From contig NC_045697.1 in the NCBI RefSeq assembly GCF_009834535.1, positions 1,304,001 through 1,368,000 on the forward strand: a DNA stretch of 64,000 nt, given 5' to 3'. Below are positions 1 to 13,489 of the stretch, piece after piece. A program made the position numbers and the translations under genes. Under the pieces are notes generated by a model. That model saw nothing but the letters and a program-made list of their open reading frames with translations. It searched no databases and was not told the origin of the DNA. Numbering within the stretch: position 1 is the first letter of the stretch; every line of letters starts with the position of its first letter. The DNA is from Camelus ferus (Eukaryota).

Positions 1-457
1 GTGGCCCCTGCACCACAGATGTCACACCTTCCACACATCGGTTAGGGTCAAGGACATGGACCCTGCTTGAGGGGGGCCAGCCACATCTGGGTCTTGGGTG
101 CTGGGCTGGGAGGTTACCAGCATGTCTTAGTGAGTCCCAGTGGACCCCCTCTGGCTCCCAGGATTTCCTTCTGAGGCCAGCTGCCCTGAGGTCCTTGGCA
201 TCCCTCATTTCCTCCCAAACTAGAGCAAGTGCGCACTGCAAAGCATGAGGCGCGAGGGGGGCTCTGGGATGGGACCCCTGGTCCTGCCAGTGCCCCCACA
301 TCTGGGGTTGGACAGATGGGAGGGGTCACCCCCAGCCAAGGGGCTCTGAGTCTCTGTTTTGAATCTCTGAAGCAGGGGTGACAATGAAAACACAGCCACG
401 GGACTCAGTGAGGCCGCTTGAGCAGAGCTCCCCATGGGCTTCACCCAAGGCAGCCAG

Positions 458-2515
458 TGGGACTGCACTATGGTGACCGGGTGTGGCAGGGTGGGGGGTG
501 TCACGTGGGACTGCACTATGGTGACCTGGTGTGGGTAGGGTGGGGGGTGTCACGGCAGAGAGGGGCACTAGGTGACCGGGTGTGGCAGGGTGGGGGGTGT
601 CACGGCAGAGAGGGGCACTATGGTGACCGGGTGTGGCAGGTGGGGGGGTGTCACGGCAGAGAGGGGCACTATGGTGACCGGTGTGCAGGGTGGGGGGTGT
701 CACGGCAGAGAGGGGCACTATGTGACCGTGTGTGCAGGTGTGGGGGGGTGTCCGGCAGAGAGGGCACTATGGTGACCTGTGTGGCAGGTGGGGGTGTCAC
801 GCAGAGAGGGGCACTATGGTGACCTGGTGTGGCAGGGTGGGGGGGTGTCACGGCAGAGAGGGCACTATGGTGACCTGGTGTGGCAGGGTGGGGGGGTGTC
901 ACGGCAGAGAGGGGCACTATGGTGACCTGGTGTGGCAGGGTGGGGGGGGTGTCACGGCAGAGAGGGGCACTATGGTGACCGGGTGTGGCAGGGTGGGGGG
1001 GTGTCACGGCAGAGAGGGGCACTATGGTGACCGGGTGTGGCAGGGTGGGGGGGTGTCACGGCAGAGAGGGGGCACTATGGTGACCTGGTGTGGCAGGGTG
1101 GGGGGGGGTGTCACGGCAGAGAGGGGCACTATGGTGACCTGGTGTGGCAGGGTGGGGGGGTGTCACGGCAGAGAGGGGCACTATGGTGACCTGGTGTGGC
1201 AGGGTGGGGGGGGTGTCACGGCAGAGAGGGGCACTATGGTGACCTGGTGTGGCAGGGTGGGGGGGGTGTCACGGCAGAGAGGGGCACTATGGTGACCTGG
1301 TGTGGCAGGGTGGGGGGGTGTCACGGCAGAGAGGGGCACTATGGTGACCGGGTGTGGCAGGGTGGGGGGGGTGTCACGGCAGAGAGGGGGCACTATGGTG
1401 ACCGGGTGTGGCAGGGTGGGGGGGGTGTCACGGCAGAGAGGGGCACTATGGTGACCGGTGTGGCAGGGTGGGGGGTGTCACGGCGAGAGGGGCACTATGG
1501 TGACCGGGTGTGGCAGGGTGGGGGGGTGTCACGGCAGAGAGGGGCACTATGTGACCGGGTGGGTGGCAGTGGGGGGGTGTCACGGCAGAGAGGGGCACTA
1601 TGTGACCTGGTGTGGCAGGGTGGGGGGTGTCACGGCAGAGGGGCACTATGGTGACCGGTGTGGCAGGGTGGGGGGGTCACGGCAGAGAGGGGCACTATGG
1701 TGACCGGGTGTGGCGGTGGGGGGGTGTCACGGCAGAGAGGGGCACTATGGTGACCGGGTGTGGCAGGTGGGGGTCACGCAGAGAGGGCACTATGGTGACC
1801 TGGTGTGGCAGGGTGGGGGGGGGTCACGGCAGAGAGGGGCACTATGGTGACCGGGTGTGGCAGGGTGGGGGGGGTGTCACGGCAGAGAGGGGCACTATGG
1901 TGACCGGGTTGTGGCAGGGTGGGTGGTCACGGCAGAGAGGGGCACTATGGTGACCGGGTGTGGGGCGGGTGGGGGGGTGTCACGGCAGAGAGGGCACTAT
2001 GGTGACCTGGTGTGGCAGGGTGGGGGGGGTGTCACGGCAGAGAAAGGGGCACTATGGTGACCTGGTGTGGCAGGGTGGGGGGGTGTCACGGCAGAGAGGG
2101 GCACTATGGTGACCTGGTGTGCAGGGTGGGGGGGTGTCACGGCAGAGAGGGGCAACTATGTGACCTGGGTTGGCAGGGTGGGGGGGTGTCACGGCAGAGC
2201 AGGGGCACTATGGTGACCGGGTGTGGCAGGGTGGGGGGGGTTGTCACGGCAGAGAGGGCACTATGGTGACCGGGTGTGGCAGGGTGGGGGGGGTGTCCAC
2301 GGCAGAGAGGGGCACTATGGTGACCTGGTGTGGCAGGGTGGGGTGGGTGTCACGGCAGAGAGGGGCACTATGGTGACCTGGTGTGGCAGGGTGGGGGGTG
2401 TCACGGCAGAGAGAGGGGCACTATGGTGACCTGGTGTGGCAGGGTGGGGGGGGTGTCCACGGCAGAGAGGGCACTGGGCAGTGGGTGGGGGGGGGGGGTG
2501 TCACGGCAGAGAGGG
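458..2515. repeat. Minisatellite/VNTR, ~52-53 bp unit, ~39 copies, in intron 8
   Basis: Tandem unit CACTATGGTGACC(G/T)GGTGTGGCAGGGTG(G)nTGTCACGGCAGAGAGGGG read directly from the sequence. Confidence 0.97.
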
Positions 2516-2779
2516 AGGGGCAGTAACCCAGGCAGCATACAAGGGGAGTGCAGAGAGCATCTGGAAAGCGGGGTGCTGGCAGGGATGAGAGGAGCCATCT
2601 GTTGGGGAGGGGCCAGGTCAAGGGCCCAGGGCCCAAGAGACAAAGGGAGCGGGGGGGGCCCTGCAGAGTTCTGAGCAGAGGACCATGTGCACCCACAGTT
2701 TGGTATCACCCTGTGTGAGGATGGACCACGGAAATAAACTCTTCACTCACTGAATAAGACATGGGTAATTGAACAAACA

Positions 2780-4650
2780 TGTATCTAGTAAAGCAACTGA
2801 AATTGTAGCTAAAAATCTTTCCATAAAGTAAACTCCGTGGCTTCACTGGTGAGTTCTATTTAAGGCAGAAGTGATACCAATTCTACACAAAATCTTCTGG
2901 AAAACTGAAGAAGTGGGAAAGCCCCCCAGCTCGTCGGAGAACCTCAGCGTCACTCTGACACCCGCACCCGGAAAGAGCACTACAGGAAGAGTGCTGCCCA
3001 GCACTCCTCACAGTCAGGGGTTAAGTCCTTAACAAAACCTTAGCAAATTAAAGCCAACAGTGTATAAAAAAGGATAATGCCTAATGACCAAGTAAGGCGC
3101 ATCCCAGAAATTCAAGACTGGCTTCACATTTGAATATCAATCAATGTGATTTATCACATTGACGGACTAAAAAATTTAAACTATGTGACCACTCCGAAAG
3201 ATACAAAGACACTGAGAAAATCCAGGAAACTGGGAATAGAAGAGAACTTCCTGGACCTGATGAAGGGCATCCATGGAGACCCTACAGCCAACAGGACACT
3301 TAACAGGGAGATCAGGGACAGGCAAAAGTGTCCTGGGTCCATTCCTTTCTTCAGCATTGTACTGGAGGTCCTCCCCAGCACAAAAGTGCAAGGAAGAGTA
3401 AAGACATCTAATTAGAAAGGAGACGTAAAACTGGCTTATTCACAGATGACAACGTCCTCTGTGTAGAAAAGCTGATGAAATCTTCATTAAAACTACCACA
3501 TCTAAAAAAGGGAGTTCAGCAAAGTTGTAGGAGAAAAGATCAATATACAAAAATTTTAAAAAATCAGTTATATCTCTCTATGTTAGCAATGAACAATCAC
3601 AAGCTGAAATCACAAACAATACCATTTACAATAGCATCAAAAATATAAAATACTTAGGAATAAATCTGATAAAGATGTGCAAGGTCTCAACAATACAAAT
3701 TATAAAATTTTGCTGAGAGAAATTAAAGACCTAAATAAATGGAGAAATACGCTGTGGTCATGAATTTGAAGACTCAATATTATTGAGGTGTTAATTCTTA
3801 CCGTTAATCTATAGATTAAACACAACTGCAGGCAAAGTAGGCTTTTTTTCCCCTTTAGTAGAAATTGACAACCTGGTTCTAAAATTCATAAAATACAAAG
3901 GACCCAGAATAGACAAAACAACTCTGAGAAAGAAGAACAAAGGTGTAGATTTATACGGTACCTAACTTTAAGGCTCCTTATAAAGCTACCACAATCAAGA
4001 CAATGCGATACTGGTGTCAATATAGACAAACAGATCAATGCAACAGACTAGTGAGTCCAGAAATATATGGCTAACTGATTTCTGACAAAGGAGCAAAGGC
4101 AATTCAGTGGGAAAAAGATAGTCTTTTTTCCACAAATGATGCTGGAATAATTGACATCCTTATGCAAAACAAAATAAAACTTTGATCCATACCTCACATC
4201 ATATACAAATTAACTCACAATGAATCATAGACCTAAATGAAAAACCTAAACCTATAAAACGCCTAGAAGAAAACAGGGAAAACCACTGTAGCTTTAGGTT
4301 ATGAAAATAAGTCTCAGATATGACACTAAAATCACAATCCATGAAAAAAACTGATAAATTGGACTTCATCAAAATTAAGAAATTTTGTTCTTCAAATGTT
4401 ACTGTTAGAATGAAAAGACAAGCCACAGACTGGGAGAAAAGACCTCAAATCGTAAATGCAGTAACAGTTTTGTACACAGTATAAATAAAGAACTCTCAAA
4501 ACTAAATAAGGAAACAGCCCAATTAAGAGAAACAGCAAAAGTTCTGAACAGACACTTCACCAAAGAACACAGGCCGACGGCAGATGAGCACATGGAAAGA
4601 TGGTCAACGTCACGAGCCCTTAAGGAAAGACACATTAAAACTGCAAGGAG
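2780..4650 (+). mobile_element. Degenerate L1 (L1M-type) ORF2 fragment
   Basis: A-rich. Contains an RT core remnant TTA TTC ACA GAT GAC (LFTDD, cf. LFADD) at 3436-3450 and recognisable ORF2 3' motifs, with many stops and frameshifts. Confidence 0.9.
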
Positions 4651-4651
4651 C

Positions 4652-4787
4652 GGGGAGGGTATCGCTCACGTGGAAGAGCACGTGCTTAGCATGCACAGGG
4701 TCCCGGGTTCAATCCCCAGGACCACCTCTAAGAGTAAATAAATAATAACGCACAAATAAACCTAATTACCAACCCCCCCCCCAAAAC
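4652..4787 (+). mobile_element. tRNA-derived SINE (camelid vic-1 type)
   Basis: GGGGAGGGTATCGCTCACGTGG head, B-box GGTTCAATCC, then an AAATAAAT...ACCTAATTACC-C-run tail. Confidence 0.85.
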
Positions 4788-7700
4788 GTCACACCATCAG
4801 AACAGCTGAAAAGGCTGCGACGCGCGAGGCTGCGGGAGGCGGGCGCCCTCACACGCTGCAGTCCGCTGTATGGCAGCCCTACTGCGGTCAAGCTGTCTGA
4901 AGCAACGTAAAAGCAGCAGACGGGCGTCGCCGCTGTGCGCACAGCCTCCTGCTGTGATGCCGGCCTTCCTCCCAGACACCCTCCACCCCTGCCCTGCAGA
5001 GCTCTCTCGGATCCCCTGCCCCAGCTTCCCCTTCTTCCCCCTCATCCCCTTGGCCCCTGCTGGGCCCGCCACCTGGGGCACACGCCTTGCACTCGGGTCC
5101 CAGCGGAGGCGCTCACTAAGGGGGCTGCCCCACACCCACCCAGCCCACCCTGGCTTCTGCGTCAGGTTTAGCTTCTTCCTGGCATGGCGAGAGGCTGGGG
5201 GGAGAGTGGCAAGAGGACTCCAGCGGCCAGGGGTGGGGGAGCAGGGGGCAGTGAGAGATGTCCAGGGCGCGGCGTGGGTGCCAGGCTCGGGGGAGAAGAT
5301 GGGAACTAGCGTCCTTAAGGCCGGCGCTGGGTGGGGCCGTGAGGGTGGGCTGGGCCGAGGAGAGCAGGGCCAGGAGGGGCCGTCCTGGGTGCTGGGGCCC
5401 AGTGTCTGGTCAGCCCGCAGTCACTGCCTCCAACGGGCCAGGCCACAGCTGGGCTGTTCCCACTCTCTGCAGCAGCTCACCTGGCTGTGAGCAAGGATTC
5501 CACCTGCTAGGGAGGCCCGGCTACGAGGAGGGCAGCACTCCTCCCAGGACCCCCAAGAACCCAGCCCAGCCCCCTGACCCAGGCTGGCACTTGGTACTTG
5601 ACTGTCTCAGCCCACGTGAGCCCGCACAGCCCCGTGACCTGTGAACTAGCTGACGTGATGACAGTCACTATGTCTAATCTGCCTTTCAGGAGTCTAATTA
5701 ATTCCAAGTTCTCTATTTTTAAATCACTCAATCACTCTTGTCTTTCCTCCCAGGGGCATGTTGTGGTGGGAGACATCGGTGCTATGTCTGTGGCAGGGAC
5801 ACCTGCCATGGGGACGCTGGCTGCAGCAGCCAGGCCTGTGCCTGGTACCTGGCCCCAGAGCGGCTCTGGCAGAAACAGCAGTGAAGTGCACGCCCCAATG
5901 GGGAGGAAACTGGGTGCTAGTGGGTTACACAGCCGCCAGAGAGAGGTCAGGGTTAGACCAAGCCCCACCCTGTCACCCTCTCCCGAAGGTGGTCCCCCAT
6001 GGAGCCCCAGACATGGGGCAGATAGGACCAGACAAGGGCCCCTCTGAGTCTCGGCTGGCTGAGTGGTCAGTTGGTGGGGGCATGCTTTGGCTCACATCCC
6101 CTTACCCTCGAGGGGGCCAGCTCAGGATGGCCCCCCAGCACTCCCAGCCCTGACAGCCAGCACCAGAGGCCATGGTGGTTGATCACGAGCTGGAAAAGGA
6201 AGCATGTCCTTCCAGACCCTGGAGGCTGGTGGGCAGGGTGGCCCTGGGGCACCAGTGAGGCCCCACTCAGGGCAGGGGCTGCCCCAGGGACATCGAGCAG
6301 CCAGCCCTTGACTCAACCGGCTGGAGGGAAAGTTGGTTCAGTGATGCGTGGACAGAGCAGGTCAGGAGTGCAGCCCGTTGCCACTGGGAAGGCTTCCAAG
6401 TGACAGAGGACTTCCCTCTCACCAGATGCTTGAGGAAGCTCAGGAGAGCTACGTCCTGCCCCTCCCCAAGCTGCAGGCACCCCATGGTGCAGCCTGGAGG
6501 AACCCCAGCAGGATCTCAGACAGCTCCCTCCAAACAGGGAAGAAAAGCGGCCGTGGGGGCCCAGGGGAGCTGGAGCCTCACTCCGGGGAACACGGTGCAG
6601 TCTGCTCTCTGCAGCCACAGCCGCTCAGGGCTGGATCCCGGGCATTCCCGGGCCCGGGGTCCCGACCCGGGCAAAGGGCAGAGGAGCCACAGCAAGGAGG
6701 AAGGTGCTCCCTGGAGGAGGAGCCAGGTGGGCAAGAAGCCAAGTCAGGGGAAAGCAGAGGCTAGAGACATGGGACAGGATCCCGCTGCACTGTCTGGAAC
6801 TACCCCGTCCAGTTTTCACAGTGCCCGTGGGCAGTAAGGAAGTGGACGTGAGACCAGGAGCAGTGAGACCCAGTGACATGACGGGGAGGTGAGGTCAGGC
6901 CTGACAACAGAGTAACAGGGACCCGGCGAGGAACAGCCTTGCGCAGCAGCAGTGATGACAGTGAGCAATGAGGACAGGTGACAACGGTGAGGGAGGCGTG
7001 GAGTAAAAACCACCCCAAGGAAGTAGCATGTGGGCACAGCACAGGCCCCCGAGTTAGGGCAGACGCTCGGAAGCCCATGCCCAGGATAGCCCTTCCAGAT
7101 TCCTATCATTCTCCCCAAAACAATAGCCAGGGAGGTCCACTGAGCACATGAGGGGGAGGCAGGGACACCCCCAGCCAGACTCCCAAATGCAGCCGCAGAG
7201 CTGAGAACGCAGGGCAGGCCAGGCCTTCTGGGAGGCACACGAGGTGATGGTTTCTAAGGCGGCCCCAGCCAGAGCCTGGGGCAAGCCCGCCGGAGTCAGG
7301 ATGGCGTCAGCCCCCGACCGCCTCACTCCCTCTGATGGGTGGAGACAGTCTCACAGGGCAAGGCAGCCTGGACCCCTGAAAACGGGCTCATACCTCACTA
7401 CGCAGCAGGGGGATGCAGCATTAACGGGGAAAGGCAACCTTGGGACACCAGCTTGAGGCCCAGGGAACAGCCCCTGGGCTTGGGGCGAGGAGGGACAGAG
7501 CCACAAACCAACCGGAGGAAAAGGGAAAGCAGAGAACCCAAATTCCACAAAACAAAATTAAAGACACCCACCAATCAAAAGGCATCAATAAATAAAACCA
7601 AAGGGCAAATAACAAACTGGGAAAAGCTACCTGCAACCGACACTCCAGACAGAAGGGACGTTTCCACGTCAGTGAGAAAGACACGAAAACCCCACCAGAA

Positions 7701-10289
7701 AACAGAGAAAGGACGGGAAGAGCCACCTTGCGGAAGGACGCAGGCAGCAGACGTGGCGGGCAGCGCCCCGGGACATCCCTCATCGGAGAAACGCAAACCG
7801 CACAGCCAATTCCACTTGCCTCTCAGGTCAGGGCAGCCAGAGCTGGGGTGGGGGGCCCCGCTGAGGAAGACGGGGTGACTCCACTCCTAAGGGTGGGCTC
7901 CAAAAAATCATCCAAGAGGCAGATACAGAACCGTAAGGGCGAGGGAACACATGGCTAATCGGACATGGAAAAAGTGTGGAAAAGGGAAAAGGTAGAACAA
8001 ATGAGCGTACGTCCTCAGGACAGACAGAAGTCTACGGGAGTTGTGTTTTTAATGGATTTTGCGGATAAATGATCCAAAAATAACATTCAGTGAGAAAAAC
8101 TGTAAAACTGCTCATGGGACTTGGAATGGTTTTGCTTTCTTTCTCTCTTTTTCATTTTTCTGTGAGCTTCTGCAGTGGACGGGCCACAACTATAACTAAA
8201 GGAAAGAGTCCGTGTTATTTTTTCAAGCAAGCGGAAGGTTGGACACACCCTTTAGTAAAATGTCCACAGAAAGGACGAAGCCGACCTGAGACAGGGCGAG
8301 TTTCCGTCTCCTGGACAAGAGAGCAATTCAGGGGCCTCGAGAGTGTGGAAGTTTCTGATGATGAGGTGAGTCCAGACGGTGAACAGCACGCTTCTAAAAG
8401 ATGCCAACTTTCCCCCCAAAAAGATTAATCTTCGAGCATTGAAAAGGTAAGAAAGAAGGCGATAAAAAGAAAAGAGCTGAAGGACACTTGGTTCTGGAAC
8501 ATTCTGCCCAGGACTCTGCCGGGGTGACATGTCCCCACCTTGGGCAACAGTATTGCTGGAACAGCCTGTGTGCAGCGGGCTGACGGCAGGGTCTGGCAGA
8601 GTCGCGGTGGGCAGGGGAGGCGCTTCTCCCGGCTGGGCCCTTGCTCCGGGCCCCACCTCCTGCCCTGTGTCTGTCCTTCCGGCAGCCCTGGCCCTCACCT
8701 GCAGGCGGTACGATGCTCAAGTGGGAGATTCGGCTCTGGGTGTCCTCAGGGACCTTGGCCCCACAAGCAGATCCTTAGTCACAACTCCCTGCATGGTGCC
8801 CAGCCCGATGGTGACACAGAGGTCTGAGCTGCACCTGCCTGACTCACACTTCTGGACAGAAATTCACTGAGCGCAGGGCCACACCTGCAAGTCACTCCTC
8901 CATGCAGCACATCGCAGGCGCCACAGGGGCCCCTGATGGACAGGCAGGCCTCATGGTCAAATCAGGACGACAGCTCTTCACAACCGAGTGATGACCAAGT
9001 GCACTGCCACAGAGCAGATGGGCTCTTGCTTGGGCAGAAGGTCAAGGGCGACACCAGCCCTCCCAGGCACTTGGAGCCAAGGGGGGCACCAGCCTCTCCT
9101 GGGCTCCGGCTCTTCCTCCGCCAAAGGGAAGGCGGCCACCTGCACCTGACACCGGCCCGGCTGTTTCCGCAGGAAAAGCCGCCAGAGGTGCTGCCAAGAC
9201 CGCCAACCAATGCCAGGAATCGCGCCATCTGAGTTCTGGGGAACTTTCCTGCCTGTGTAAGGCTGGTCTTCGTGTCTGTTTCAATCATATGGCTTTGTCC
9301 CCTCTGTGTTCATGTTCGATCACACTCCAAGAGGTCGGGCCACCTCTGCCTTCTTTCTGGGTGTGTCTCTGGCACCTTGCTCAGCACCCGGGAACCCGCA
9401 TGTACTGTGAATGAATGAATGAATGAACGAACGAACAGGGCTCCTGATACACGTGCTGCCAGCGGAGGGGACAGGCGCCATCTGCTGACCTATTCCCAGC
9501 TGCTCCTGGTACAGTACTGGGCCCCAGACGCCGCTGTCCACGGTCCTGGCCCGAAGGCATGGCTGCCCTGATCACCCGGCCAAGTGCCACATCCTTCCTT
9601 CCTCAGACCCTCAGCGCTTCCTGGAGACCACCTTCCTGGAGGTTGGGAGTGTCTCCCAAGGCCTCCGGGTGTGGCCCGAGGGCCCTTTCCTCTTCTCAGC
9701 TCAGCTCAGCGTTTGTGTTAAGCCAGAGGAGGCCTGGGCAGCTGCTGACATGATGTGAACAAGCAGTGTCCACGGGGGGGCGTGTCGGGAAAGCAGGAGG
9801 CGATTCCAGACAAAGTAGGGAGGTGTCCCCCGGCTGTCACCTGGACAAAGAGTGAGAAGGGGGGACAGGTCAAAAACCGGAAAAATGCACGTAACCTGTC
9901 AGAGAATTTGTGATGGCCTCATATCAGCCTTGCAGAAAGATGATTCACTTACCAGTCACCTCTGGGCCGCTGGGTCAGATGTCCTGAGGAAGAAAGCCGC
10001 CCCTTAGAACTTGTTCCACTGCACTTGGCTGATGCCACTCGGCTTGCACCTAGAACAATGGCCTCGTCGAGAACGGCCGTTCGTGGCGGCGCTGTCTGCC
10101 AAGGCAGGACTGGAAACAGCCCCGAGGCCAGCGGCAGGGCCTGACTGCACAGCGGTCCAGCCACACAGTGGGCTCCCACGCGGCCAAAAGTGACAATGGG
10201 GGCATCTGTAGAAACTATGCGGACAGGCCTTCAGGCTGAAGTCAGGAAAGCGAGGCAGAGAAGAGAGTCTGCAGGATGAGCCCCCTGCC

Positions 10290-10438
10290 GGGGACGGGAG
10301 GGAGCACACGTGGGGGGGGTCCACACGGACGGGAGGGAGCACGCGTCGGGGGGGTCCACACAGGGAACGGGAGGGAGCACGCGTCGGGGGGGGGTCCACA
10401 CAGGGACGGGAGGGAGCACACGTCAGGGGGGTCCACAC
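10290..10438. repeat. Short minisatellite, ~37 bp unit x4
   Basis: GGGACGGGAGGGAGCAC(A/G)CGT(C)GGGGGGGTCCACAC(A) repeated four times. Confidence 0.92.
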
Positions 10439-10789
10439 TCTTGCTTCTATTTTTAAAACTGAAGGATAAACTGGAAGCAACTTGAAAACTGTCACTCTAG
10501 GGGAGGGGCGTTTGGGGGGAAGGGACAGATTTCTCCGGGTGCATCTTGTTTTGCACGTTTTGCTGGGAACCATGCAAACATTTCACATAATTATAAAAAT
10601 AAATGCAAATGGCAATCTCTATACATCTTATGCCAAATGGAACAAATTAACCTACTGTGGGCAAAATCTGGGGCACGACCCACAGAGAGAATGGTTTGAA
10701 GTGAGTTGGAAGCAGTCGCTTGGCTGTATACTCCAGTGGGACACGTCCAAAGGTCAAAAGAGTCCAAAGGTAAAAGAGCTGTTGAAACA

Positions 10790-11260
10790 ATCTTAGACAA
10801 CAAGTGCCATGAGGGTGTGCAGCACCTGGAAGCCTGCGCATGACCGGGGAGAGAAAACCACGGGGGAGCAGACAGCTCCCCAGAAAAGTGCACACAGAGG
10901 CACCGTGTGATGCGCCAGTCCCACTCCCAGACAGACCCCCAAGGGATGGAAAACCCATGACCACACAGAAACTTGTACAGATGTGAGCAGATGTGCACAG
11001 CGGCACTCCCATGATGACGGAAAGTGGAAACCACGCACACGCTCATCAGCCCATGCGCAAAACGGGGTCCCTCCACACCGTGGACTCTTACTCAGCCAGC
11101 ACCTGATAGACGTGGGTGAGCCCTGAAAACGTGATGCTCAGCGAAAGAAGCCAGACACAAAGCGTCCCACAGCGAGAGACCCTGTTTGTCGGAAATGTCC
11201 AGCGCAGGCAAGTCCAAGGAGCCAGAAAGCAGATTAGCGGTTCCAGGGGCTAGGGAGTGA
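10790..11260 (+). mobile_element. Old L1 (L1M) ORF2-end/3'UTR fragment
   Basis: Motifs ccacacagaaacttgtaca, atgctcagcgaaagaagccagacacaa and gaaagcagattagcggtt are typical of L1M 3' ends. Confidence 0.75.
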
Positions 11261-12196
11261 CTCCAGGTCCCACCCAGGAAAGGCTGCGCAGGGCCTCAGA
11301 GCTCAGCAGGTGAAGGGCAGCCCCGACACCCACGGGGCCCCGGCCAGCCTCCTACACACGCTGCCCGGAGGACCTGGCCGGGGAGCAGGCAGCGGCTACA
11401 CAGCCTTGTGGATCCCAGAGACCCCTTCCCCCAGGTGTGGAGCCCCCTTCCCCAGCCCCACCCTGCTGACTACCCCTCTGCCCAGCTCCCATGGCTCCGG
11501 CAGGGGCCCTGTCCAGCCTCCAGGTGGAGCCCCTCCCCTCCCCAACCTCCCACGTCCTGCCGGACACAGCTGAAGCCAGGATGGGAGCCTGCAGGCGGGG
11601 TTGGGTGAGAGGACAGCACAACACCCGCGTGCGTCCCCAAGGCTGGGCCCCGCCCCCTTTCCTGATGTCCAGGACAGGGGCACGTGGGGGTGCTGGGTCG
11701 ATGCTGGTTGAATCTGCTTCACCCAGGGTGAGCCCAGGGCATGGGGAGCAGGGAAGGAAGAGCAGCCCTGAGTCTGAGACGCGGAGGTGCCGGGGTCCCG
11801 CAGAGCCCCCGCCCGCCCTGCCTGCTATGCTGCCTTGGCAGGGAGAAGAGGGCGTCGCCTGGCTGCGCTGCCCGGGAAGCTGCCTGAGTGGCTCTCGGGC
11901 TCCCACCAGGGCCCCCAGGGCGGCACGCCCAGGGCTGAGGGTCTGTGCAGCTGACTGCGGCCCACGTGAGCAGCCACGCGGGTCAGGTGGGCGCCATGGC
12001 CCAGTCCACACACGCCGTCACACTATGGTGGCGAGAGGGAGTGAACCGAGGGCTGGGCACCATGCCCACCCACCTGAAATGTGCCCGCAATGCCAGAAAC
12101 AGGGCGGCAGGGCCCCTGGGGACACCTCTCCATTGGAAGCGGCAACTGGGCCCAGGAGGCCTGACAAGCTGCAGACGAGAGGAGGACTCCTCTTAC

Positions 12197-13489
12197 CTGG
12201 AGCCCGGCAGGTGCCGGGGCTCCTCCTCGGCTGCCCCTCCCAGTCGACTCTTCTCCCCAGGCACCGAGGGCCGCAGGCACTCAGCCTCGTTCTGCTGCTC
12301 GTCACCATCGCCCACTCCGGGCAGCCGGTCTGCTGCGTCCACCTGGGGCTCTGAGGGGTGTGCCAGGCACTTGTTGGAAGTAGGGGCTTTGGGATCCTGC
12401 CTGTTAGGGGCGTCTTCTGATGGCAGGGGGGCTGGGGTGCCCGTGGGCAAGGCCTCTGGGGCAGGCCGGGCCTCCAACAGCCCCGCAGCCGAGTCCTTGG
12501 CACTGGCCTTGGCCAAGCCGACGTAGGAGGAGCTGATGACGCTGCCTGAGCTGCCCTTGCCCCGCAGGCTCTCGGCCGCGTCCTCCCTGCTGCCCCCGCA
12601 GCCCCCGCAGCACACGCAGGAATTCAGGAGGCAGGTGGTGGCCGTGGTGCTGAGTTTGTGGGAGCCAGCCTCCGTCCCCTCGGCCCTGGGCTCTGAGGGG
12701 GAGACGCTCTTTCCAGGGGCTTCTGAGTTGGCAGGGACAGAGTCCGAGGAGGTGGATGACTTGGGATTGAAGATGACCGTGGCCGAGAGCTTCATGCCCC
12801 CTGTCCGGTGGGCGATCAGCTCGGCCGTCTCGGCCTCATCCACACTCACCTCCCAGCTATCCAGGTGTGGCTGGGAGTCCAGGCAGCTGCAGAGGTTGGG
12901 GCCCACTGCCCACGTTCTGTCACCCTCGATGTTGTCGCTCAGGTCCCCCTCCGCAGCAGCGGGCTTGCTGCCCCCCAGCTCTTTGCTCCCTCCGGCCTGC
13001 CCTCTCTGCTGGGGGTCAGCCCTGGCACTGCCCGCCCACCCAGATGGGCTGCCCGGGGCCTCTGCCGCCCCTTCCACGTCGTCCATGAAGAACACCCTCC
13101 CCTCCTCCTCGTCGCTGCCCGGCGGCCGCGCGCCGCCCGGGGACGCCTGCCCGCAGGGGCTGCCTGCGGCGCCTGGCCCATGTGCAGGGGACTGGCCGGC
13201 ACTGGGCGGGGAGAGGAGGGAGGACATCTCGTCCCCGGCCTTGTGCACCATGCGGCTGAGCTGCTCCAGCTCCTGGTCATCGTATTGCATGGAGCAGGCC
13301 AGATCCGCCTCTGCGTTTTTGGCCTTGGCTGAGAGTGGCTCCTCCGGGGCCAGGGGCGCGGGGAAGGTGGGCGCCAGGGCAGGGGGCACCTGGGTTTCTG
13401 CCCTGATGGGGAACTCCACGTCTTGAGAAATGCAGAGGTTCCGTTCCAGCGTGTGAAGCTCCTCCTCTGTCAGGGTCTGCAGCAAATCC
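12197..13489 (-). CDS. ZFYVE28: ZFYVE28 coding exon 8 (1293 nt, phase 2-2), large low-complexity central region: (R)DLLQTLTEEELHTLERNLCISQD...FFMDDVE...AHRTGGMKLSATVIFNPK...HLPGS
   Basis: Lies inside ORF 12193..13614(-). Acceptor gacccgtgtAG|G GAT, donor CCAG|GTAAGA. Conserved LST2 blocks include LACSMQYDDQELEQLSRMVH and IAHRTGGMKLSATVIFNPKS. Confidence 0.96.

Noticed and set aside
458..2515. CRISPR-like array or repetitive protein ORFs (HGREGHYGD repeats)
   Set aside because: The units are contiguous with no unique spacers and no cas genes, in a mammalian intron. The ORFs are translations of the VNTR broken by G-run indels.
8250..8480. Alternative exon after a long minus-strand polypyrimidine tract in intron 8
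   Set aside because: The first AG is a weak AAG and the peptide is unrecognisable; there is too little support without transcript data.
1..12196. ZFYVE28 exons 9 onward (IRSRFHGSHDL..., FYVE domain)
   Set aside because: No such peptides appear in the ORF track or by eye. Intron 8 probably extends past the window start, so this is not evidence of truncation.
12536..13426. 296-aa + strand ORF (and neighbouring ORFs 11491..12354, 11945..12526)
   Set aside because: These are antisense shadows of the GC-rich exon 8 and its flank, with no recognisable domain or independent gene structure.
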